Shown one piece after another: positions 56,071-64,000 of a stretch of DNA of 64,000 nt. Every line of letters starts with the position of its first letter. Position 1 is the first letter of the stretch. Under the pieces are notes generated by a model. That model was not told where the DNA came from and did no database searches. It worked only from the letters and a program-made list of their open reading frames with translations. Made by a program: the position numbers and the translations under genes. The stretch is from NCBI GenBank assembly GCA_964057225.1, contig OZ059895.1, positions 4,278,001 to 4,342,000 of the forward strand. The letters run 5' to 3'. This stretch comes from Auanema rhodensis. Its lineage: Eukaryota; Animalia; Nematoda.

Positions 56071-59000
56071 ATGTACACTCAACATTGCTTCCAAAAACAT
56101 TTTGACAAAAATTTTTTCGAAAAATTTCAAAATAATTTAGCAAAAAGTAGATGTTTTTAGATTCCTTTTTTTAAGGCAAAGATGATGGACAATGTTATTC
56201 AACGAAAAAATTAATTCTTCAGGGTGAAAATCGAGGATATAAGTGTGAACTTATATCAGTTGATATCTCGGTGAATTTTTAAGCTAGCGCAAATCTGATA
56301 ACACAGATCGACGCAGCTTAAAAATCCGCATCGAATGCACTATACTACATTGAGAAACGCTTAATACAAAAATTAGTTATGATCGTTTGAAAAATGATGC
56401 ATTAGTGTATGTTGAGTTTCCATGTATACTCAACATTGCTTCCAAAAACATTTTGACAAAAATTTTTTCGAAAAATTTCAAAATAATTTAGCAAAAAGTA
56501 GATGTTTTTAAATTCCTTTTTTTAAGGCAAAGATGATGGACAATGTTATTCAACGAAAAAATTAATTCTTCAGGGTGAAAATCGAGGATATAAGTGTGAA
56601 CTTATATCAGTTGATATCTCGGTGAATTTTTAAGCTAGCGCAAATCTGATAACACAGATCGACGCAGCTTAAAAATCCGCATCGAATGCACTATACTACA
56701 TTGAGAAACGCTTAATACAAAAATTAGTTATGATCGTTTGAAAAATGATGCATTAGTGTATGTTGAGTTTCCATGTATACTCAACATTGCTTCCAAAAAC
56801 ATTTTGACAAAAATTTTTTCGAAAAATTTCAAAATAATTTAGCAAAAAGTAGATGTTTTTAAATTCCTTTTTTTAAGGCAAAGATGATGGACAATGTTAT
56901 TCAACGAAAAAATTAATTCTTCAGGGTGAAAATCGAGGATATAAGTGTGAACTTATATCAGTTGATATCTCGGTGAATTTTTAAGCTAGCGCAAATCTGA
57001 TAACACAGATCGACGCAGCTTAAAAATCCGCATCGAATGCACTATACTACATTGAGAAACGCTTAATACAAAAATTAGTTATGATCGTTTGAAAAATGAT
57101 GCATTAGTGTATGTTGAGTTTCCATGTATACTCAACATTGCTTCCAAAAACATTTTGACAAAAATTTTTTCGAAAAATTTCAAAATAATTTAGCAAAAAG
57201 TAGATGTTTTTAAATTCCTTTTTTTAAGGCAAAGATGATGGACAATGTTATTCAACGAAAAAATTAATTCTTCAGGGTGAAAATCGAGGATATAAGTGTG
57301 AACTTATATCAGTTGATATCTCGGTGCATTTTTAAGCTAGCGCAAATCTGATAACACAGATCGACGCAGCTTAAAAATCCGCATCGAATGCACTATACTA
57401 CATTGAGAAACGCCTAATACAAAAATTAGTTATGATCGTTTGAAAAATGATGCATTAGTGTATGTTGAGTTTCCATGTACACTCAACATTGCTTCCAAAA
57501 ACATTTTGACAAAAATTTTTTCGAAAAATTTCAAAATAATTTAGCAAAAAGTAGATGTTTTTAGATTCCTTTTTTTAAGGCAAAAATGATGGACAATGTT
57601 ATTCAACGAAAAAATTAATTCTTCAGGGTGAAAATCGAGGATATAAGTGTGAACTTATATCAGTTGATATCTCGGTGCATTTTTAAGCTAGCGCAAATCT
57701 GATAACACAGATCGACGCAGCTTAAAAATCCGCATCGAATGCACTATACTACATTGAGAAACGCTTAATACAAAAATTAGTTATGATCGTTTGAAAAATG
57801 ATGCATTAGTGTATGTTGAGTTTCCATGTACACTCAACATTGCTTCCAAAAACATTTTGACAAAAATTTTTTCGAAAAATTTCAAAATAATTTAGCAAAA
57901 AGTAGATGTTTTTAGATTCCTTTTTTTAAGGCAAACATGATGGACAACGTTATTCAACGAAAAAATTAATTCTTCAGGGTGAAAATCGAGGATATAAGTG
58001 TGAAATTATATCAGTTGATATCTCGGTGAATTTTTAAGCTAGCGCAAATCTGATAACACAGATCGACGCAGCTTAAAAATCCGCATCGAATGCACTATAC
58101 TACATTGAGAAACGCTTAATACAAAAATTAGTTATGATCGTTTGAAAAATGATGCATTAGTGTATGTTGAGTTTCCATGTATACTCAACATTGCTTCCAA
58201 AAACATTTTGACAAAAATTTTTTCGAAAAATTTCAAAATAATTTAGCAAAAAGTAGATGTTTTTAAATTCCTTTTTTTAAGGCAAAAATGATGGACAATG
58301 TTATTCAACGAAAAAATTAATTCTTCAGGGTGAAAATCGAGGATATAAGTGTGAACTTATATCAGTTGATATCTCGGTGCATTTTTAAGCTAGCGCAAAT
58401 CTGATAACACAGATCGACGCAGCTTAAAAATCCGCATCGAATGCACTATACTACATTGAGAAACGCTTAATACAAAAATTAGTTATGATCGTTTGAAAAA
58501 TGATGCATTAGTGTATGTTGAGTTTCCATGTACACTCAACATTGCTTCCAAAAACATTTTGACAAAAATTTTTTCGAAAAATTTCAAAATAATTTAGCAA
58601 AAAGTAGATGTTTTTAGATTCCTTTTTTTAAGGCAAACATGATGGACAACGTTATTCAACGAAAAAATTAATTCTTCAGGGTGAAAATCGAGGATATAAG
58701 TGTGAACTTATATCAGTTGATATCTCGGTGAATTTTTAAGCTAGCGCAAATCTGATAACACAGATCGACGCAGCTTAAAAATCCGCATCGAATGCACTAT
58801 ACTACATTGAGAAACGCTTAATACAAAAATTAGTTATGATCGTTTGAAAAATGATGCATTAGTGTATGTTGAGTTTCCATGTATACTCAACATTGCTTCC
58901 AAAAACATTTTGACAAAAATTTTTTCGAAAAATTTCAAAATAATTTAGCAAAAAGTAGATGTTTTTAGATTTCTTTTTTTAAGGCAAAGATGATGGACAA

Positions 59001-62000
59001 TGTTATTCAACGAAAAAATTAATTCTTCAGGGTGAAAATCGAGGATATAAGTGTGAACTTATATCAGTTGATATCTCGGTGAATTTTTAAGCTAGCGCAA
59101 ATCTGATAACACAGATCGACGCAGCTTAAAAATCCGCATCGAATGCACTATACTACATTGAGAAACGCTTAATACAAAAATTAGTTATGATCGTTTGAAA
59201 AATGATGCATTAGTGTATGTTGAGTTTCCATGTACACTCAACATTGCTTCCAAAAACATTTTGACGAAAATTTTTTCGAAAAATTTCAAAATAATTTAGC
59301 AAAAAGTAGATGTTTTTAGATTCCTTTTTTTAAGGCAAACATGATGGACAACGTTATTCAACGAAAAAATTAATTCTTCAGGGTGAAAATCGAGGATATA
59401 AGTGTGAACTTATATCAGTTGATATCTCGGTGCATTTTCAAGCTAGCGCAAATCTGATAACACAGATCGACGCAGCTTAAAAATCCGCATCGAATGCACT
59501 ATACTTCATTGAGAAACGCTTAATACAAAAATTAGTTATGATCGTTTGAAAAATGATGCATTAGTGTATGTTGAGTTTCCATGTACACTCAACATTGCTT
59601 CCAAAAACATTTTGACAAAAATTTTTTCGAAAAATTTCAAAATAATTTAGCAAAAAGTAGATGTTTTTAGATTCCTTTTTTTAAGGCAAAGATGATGGAC
59701 AATGTTATTCAACGAAAAAATTAATTCTTCAGGGTGAAAATCGAGGATATAAGTGTGAACTTATATCAGTTGATATCTCGGTGCATTTTCAAGCTAGCGC
59801 AAATCTGATAACACAGATCGACGCAGCTTAAAAATCCGCATCGAATGCACTATACTACATTGAGAAACGCCTAATACAAAAATTAGTTATGATCGTTTGA
59901 AAAATGATGCATTAGTGTATGTTGAGTTTCCATGTACACTCAACATTGCTTCCAAAAACATTTTGACAAAAATTTTTTCGAAAAATTTCAAAATAATTTA
60001 GCAAAAAGTAGATGTTTTTAGATTCCTTTTTTTAAGGCAAAGATGATGGACAATGTTATTCAACGAAAAAATTAATTCTTCAGGGTGAAAATCGAGGATA
60101 TAAGTGTGAACTTATATCAGTTGATATCTCGGTGCATTTTTAAGCTAGCGCAAATCTGATAACACAGATCGACGCAGCTTAAAAATCCGCATCGAATGCA
60201 CTATACTACATTGAGAAACGCTTAATACAAAAATTAGTTATGATCGTTTGAAAAATGATGCATTAGTGTATGTTGAGTTTCCATGTACACTCAACATTGC
60301 TTCCAAAAACATTTTGACAAAAATTTTTTCGAAAAATTTCAAAATAATTTAGCAAAAAGTAGATGTTTTTAGATTCCTTTTTTCAAGGCAAAGACGATGG
60401 ACAATGTTATTCAACGAAAAAATTAATTCTTCAGGGTGAAAATCGAGGATATAAGTGTGAACTTATATCAGTTGATATCTCGGTGCATTTTCAAGCTAGC
60501 GCAAATCTGATAACACAGATCGACGCAGCTTAAAAATCCGCATCGAATGCACTATACTTCATTGAGAAACGCTTAATACAAAAATTAGTTATGATCGTTT
60601 GAAAAATGATGCATTAGTGTATGTTGAGTTTCCATGTACACTCAACATTGCTTCCAAAAACATTTTGACAAAAATTTTTTCGAAAAATTTCAAAATAATT
60701 TAGCAAAAAGTAGATGTTTTTAGATTCCTTTTTTTAAGGCAAAGATGATGGACAATGTTATTAAACGAAAAAATTAATTCTTCAGGGTGAAAATCGAGGA
60801 TATAAGTGTGAACTTATATCAGTTGATATCTCGGTGCATTTTTAAGCTAGCGCAAATCTGATAACACAGATCGACGCAGCTTAAAAATCCGCATCGAATG
60901 CACTATACTACATTGAGAAACGCTTAATACAAAAATTAGTTATGATCGTTTGAAAAATGATGCATTAGTGTATGTTGAGTTTCCATGTACACTCAACATT
61001 GCTTCCAAAAACATTTTGACGAAAATTTTTTCGAAAAATTTCAAAATAATTTAGCAAAAAGTAGATGTTTTTAGATTCCTTTTTTTAAGGCAAAGATGAT
61101 GGACAATGTTATTCAACGAAAAAATTAATTCTTCAGGGTGAAAATCGAGGATATAAGTGTGAACTTATATCAGTTGATATCTCGGTGCATTTTCAAGCTA
61201 GCGCAAATCTGATAACACAGATCGACGCAGCTTAAAAATCCGCATCGAATGCACTATACTTCATTGAGAAACGCTTAATACAAAAATTAGTTATGATCGT
61301 TTGAAAAATGATGCATTAGTGTATGTTGAGTTTCCATGTACACTCAACATTGCTTCCAAAAACATTTTGACAAAAATTTTTTCGAAAAATTTCCAAATAA
61401 TTTAGCAAAAAGTAGATGTTTTTAGATTTCTTTTTTTAAGGCAAAGATGATGGACAATGTTATTCAACGAAAAAATTAATTCTTCAGGGTGAAAATCGAG
61501 GATATAAGTGTGAACTTATATCAGTTGATATCTCGGTGAATTTTTAAGCTAGCGCAAATCTGATAACACAGATCGACGCAGCTTAAAAATCCGCATCGAA
61601 TGCACTATACTACATTGAGAAACGCTTAATACAAAAATTAGTTATGATCGTTTGAAAAATGATGCATTAGTGTATGTTGAGTTTCCATGTACACTCAACA
61701 TTGCTTCCAAAAACATTTTGACAAAAATTTTTTCGAAAAATTTCCAAATAATTTAGCAAAAAGTAGATGTTTTTAGATTCCTTTTTTTAAGGCAAAAATG
61801 ATGGACAATGTTATTAAACGAAAAAATTAATTCTTCAGGGTGAAAATCGAGGATATAAGTGTGAACTTATATCAGTTGATATCTCGGTGCATTTTTAAGC
61901 TAGCGCAAATCTGATAACACAGATCGACGCAGCTTAAAAATCCGCATCGAATGCACTATACTACATTGAGAAACGCTTAATACAAAAATTAGTTATGATC

Positions 62001-63449
62001 GTTTGAAAAATGATGCATTAGTGTATGTTGAGTTTCCATGTACACTCAACATTGCTTCCAAAAACATTTTGACAAAAATTTTTTCGAAAAATTTCAAAAT
62101 AATTTAGCAAAAAGTAGATGTTTTTAGATTCCTTTTTTTAAGGCAAAGATGATGGACAATGTTATTCAACGAAAAAATTAATTCTTCAGGGTGAAAATCG
62201 AGGATATAAGTGTGAACTTATATCAGTTGATATCTCGGTGAATTTTTAAGCTAGCGCAAATCTGATAACACAGATCGACGCAGCTTAAAAATCCGCATCG
62301 AATGCACTATACTTCATTGAGAAACGCTTAATACAAAAATTAGTTATGATCGTTTGAAAAATGATGCATTAGTGTATGTTGAGTTTCCATGTACACTCAA
62401 CATTGCTTCCAAAAACATTTTGACAAAAATTTTTTCGAAAAATTTCAAAATAATTTAGCAAAAAGTAGATGTTTTTAGATTCCTTTTTTTAAGGCAAAGA
62501 TGATGGACAATGTTATTCAACGAAAAAATTAATTCTTCAGGGTGAAAATCGAGGATATAAGTGTGAACTTATATCAGTTGATATCTCGGTGAATTTTTAA
62601 GCTAGCGCAAATCTGATAACACAGATCGACGCAGCTTAAAAATCCGCATCGAATGCACTATACTACATTGAGAAACGCTTAATACAAAAATTAGTTATGA
62701 TCGTTTGAAAAATGATGCATTAGTGTATGTTGAGTTTCCATGTATACTCAACATTGCTTCCAAAAACATTTTGACAAAAATTTTTTCGAAAAATTTCAAA
62801 ATAATTTAGCAAAAAGTAGATGTTTTTAGATTTCTTTTTTTAAGGCAAAGATGATGGACAATGTTATTCAACGAAAAAATTAATTCTTCAGGGTGAAAAT
62901 CGAGGATATAAGTGTGAACTTATATCAGTTGATATCTCGGTGAATTTTTAAGCTAGCGCAAATCTGATAACACAGATCGACGCAGCTTAAAAATCCGCAT
63001 CGAATGCATTATACTACATTGAGAAACGCTTAATACAAAAATTAGTTATGATCGTTTGAAAAATGATGCATTAGTGTATGTTGAGTTTCCATGTACACTC
63101 AACATTGCTTCCAAAAACATTTTGACAAAAATTTTTTCGAAAAATTTCCAAATAATTTAGCAAAAAGTAGATGTTTTTAGATTCCTTTTTTTAAGGCAAA
63201 AATGATGGACAATGTTATTAAACGAAAAAATTAATTCTTCAGGGTGAAAATCGAGGATATAAGTGTGAACTTATATCAGTTGATATCTCGGTGCATTTTT
63301 AAGCTAGCGCAAATCTGATAACACAGATCGACGCAGCTTAAAAATCCGCATCGAATGCACTATACTACATTGAGAAACGCTTAATACAAAAATTAGTTAT
63401 GATCGTTTGAAAAATGATGCATTAGTGTATGTTGAGTTTCCATGTACAC
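56071..63449. repeat. Terminal, less ordered satellite domain with locally restricted variants
   Basis: Variants concentrated here include ATGTATACT, TTTAAATTCC, CGCCTAAT, TGACGAAA, TTCCAAAT and GATTTCTTTTT. I saw no long regular period. Confidence 0.7.
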
Positions 63450-63498
63450 TGAAATACAAATGTGGAAAGAAAAGACAAAGAAAGGGAAGAGAAATAAA

Positions 63499-63504
63499 TT
63501 TATT
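63499..63504 (-). promoter_or_regulatory. Candidate polyadenylation signal AATAAA in the LTR
   Basis: TTTATT on the + strand, ~50 bp from the LTR 3' end and followed by a U-rich tract on the minus strand. It is part of the palindrome AATAAATTTATT (63493-63504). Confidence 0.5.
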
Positions 63505-63597
63505 GAAAACAAAAGGAAACTTATAAAAATACAAAATATAATTGAACTGTCAAAATATGAAATAAAATTGTTTACATCAACAATTTTAGGCCAAATA

Positions 63598-63625
63598 ATC
63601 ATTTTAATCATTTTATCATTTTATC
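63598..63625. repeat. Short tandem repeat (ATCATTTT) x ~3.4
   Basis: ATCATTTTA-ATCATTTT-ATCATTTT-ATC. Confidence 0.75.
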
Positions 63626-63718
63626 TTAGATGTTCAGGTTGTTTGCATGGTGTTTACAAGCGTTGAGTTGATAACCTGCCAATAAAGTAACATCTTGAAA
63701 TCTTAAACTGAAACTATA

Positions 63719-63732
63719 ATATATATATATAT
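63719..63732. repeat. (AT)7 microsatellite
   Basis: ATATATATATATAT read directly. Confidence 0.85.
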
Positions 63733-63933
63733 TCTTGTTCTCCGTAACAAGACAAATCTAATTATGCTAATTTCACGTATCTAACTATGCGTTATAAATT
63801 ATGTGATTTTATAAATTGCATTGATGGTTAAGAAAGCTCAAGTTAACCATTTAATGGGATGTAACTAAGAAATTATTTGAATAAGCAATCATTAAACCTT
63901 CATTTAGTTGTGGTTTTGAACACATTTGTGACA

Positions 63934-63947
63934 TCCCCGGCCTTTCT
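63934..63947 (-). other. Putative polypurine tract (PPT) AGAAAGGCCGGGGA
   Basis: 12 of 14 bases are purines, with a G4 run, directly 5' of TGTCACA on the minus strand. This is the canonical PPT position. Confidence 0.65.
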
Positions 63948-63969
63948 ATATTCTCGTCCCGAGAATATA
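63947..63969. other. Perfect 10-bp stem-loop upstream of the PPT
   Basis: TATATTCTCG-TCC-CGAGAATATA, extendable by TTTCTA/TAGAAA. Confidence 0.8.
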
Positions 63970-63975
63970 TAGTAG

Positions 63976-64000
63976 AAAAAAAATTTTTTTTTTTTTTTTT
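63976..64000. repeat. A8 followed by T17+ homopolymer (runs off window)
   Basis: Read directly. Confidence 0.9.

Larger units (their letters stand above)
1..63449. repeat. Tandem satellite DNA array, 351-bp monomer, ~181 copies, head-to-tail, open at the left window edge
   Basis: The motif ATGTACACTCAACATTGC recurs at 334, 685, 1036 ... 63442. 63442-334 = 63108 = 180x351 - 12x6, so there are 180 units of which 12 carry a 6-bp deletion. The consensus has about 108/351 GC (~31%) and many A/T tracts. I saw no inversion or insertion inside the array. Confidence 0.99.
63450..63933 (-). repeat. Putative long terminal repeat (484 bp)
   Basis: TG at 63450-63451 and CA at 63932-63933. Inverted repeat ACAAATGTG (63456-63464) / CACATTTGT (63921-63929). 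Minus-strand TATAAAA (63807-63813) lies upstream of AATAAA (63499-63504) and a T-rich tail. A purine tract abuts the element. The partner LTR is not visible. Confidence 0.7.
63450..64000 (-). mobile_element. 3' end of a putative Ty3/gypsy-like LTR retrotransposon inserted in the satellite (continues beyond window)
   Basis: The minus strand reads A17-T8-CTACTATATATTCTCGGGACGAGAATATAGAAAGGCCGGGGA|TGTCACAAATGTG...AATAAA...CACATTTGTATTTCA|satellite. This is the order expected for 3' UTR, PPT and 3' LTR. No coding domain is in the window, so the superfamily call is an inference. Confidence 0.68.

Noticed and set aside
1-63449. CRISPR array
   Set aside because: There are no unique spacers. The whole 351-bp unit repeats and no cas genes are present.
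1-63449. Tandem 5S rRNA, tRNA, snRNA or spliced-leader gene array
   Set aside because: I found no recognisable 5S, tRNA cloverleaf, Pol III A/B box or SL sequence in the unit on either strand by eye.
1-63449. Giant repetitive protein gene (351 = 117 codons), including under the ciliate genetic code
   Set aside because: The ORF track shows no long ORF in any frame. The frames I read still contain TGA stops when TAA/TAG are reassigned.
63447-63455. CACTG terminus of a CACTA/CMC DNA transposon
   Set aside because: CACT is ordinary satellite sequence, and no matching terminal inverted repeat is visible.
63449-63520. 3' splice acceptor on the minus strand (pyrimidine tract + TTTCAG at the junction)
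   Set aside because: It is better explained as the T-rich LTR end finishing in CA, given the matching inverted repeat, AATAAA and PPT. No exon follows.
63393-63666. ORFs 63393..63611 (-) and 63442..63666 (+)
   Set aside because: Both straddle the satellite/LTR junction and are low-complexity translations of an A-rich or T-rich tract.
63450-63933. Solo LTR
   Set aside because: The flanks (TACAC vs TCCCC) are not a target-site duplication, and a PPT-like tract abuts the right end, implying internal sequence follows.

Overview
This window is eukaryotic-type heterochromatic DNA with no credible genes. Positions 1-63449 are one uninterrupted head-to-tail array of a 351-bp, ~31% GC satellite: a 333-bp partial unit, 180 full units counted from ATGTACAC at 334, and an 8-bp remnant. 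Units differ by only a few substitutions. The only length variant is one recurrent 6-bp deletion (12 units of 345 bp), which accounts exactly for the phase over 63 kb. Diagnostic SNPs show layered higher-order structure: a 1047-bp trimer, a 17-unit block duplicated at 6306-bp offset, a 2451-bp 7-mer, a 1053-bp trimer domain and a more mixed terminal domain. Each monomer carries four inverted repeats. At 63450 the array is cut abruptly by what looks like the 3' LTR (63450-63933, minus strand) of a Ty3/gypsy-like retrotransposon, supported by TG...CA ends, a 9-bp subterminal inverted repeat, an AATAAA signal, an adjacent polypurine tract and a CTCGGGACGAG hairpin. The rest of that element would lie beyond the window. 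The 18 copies of a 75-aa ORF are one satellite variant and are probably not coding. I cannot name the organism or the satellite family from sequence alone.
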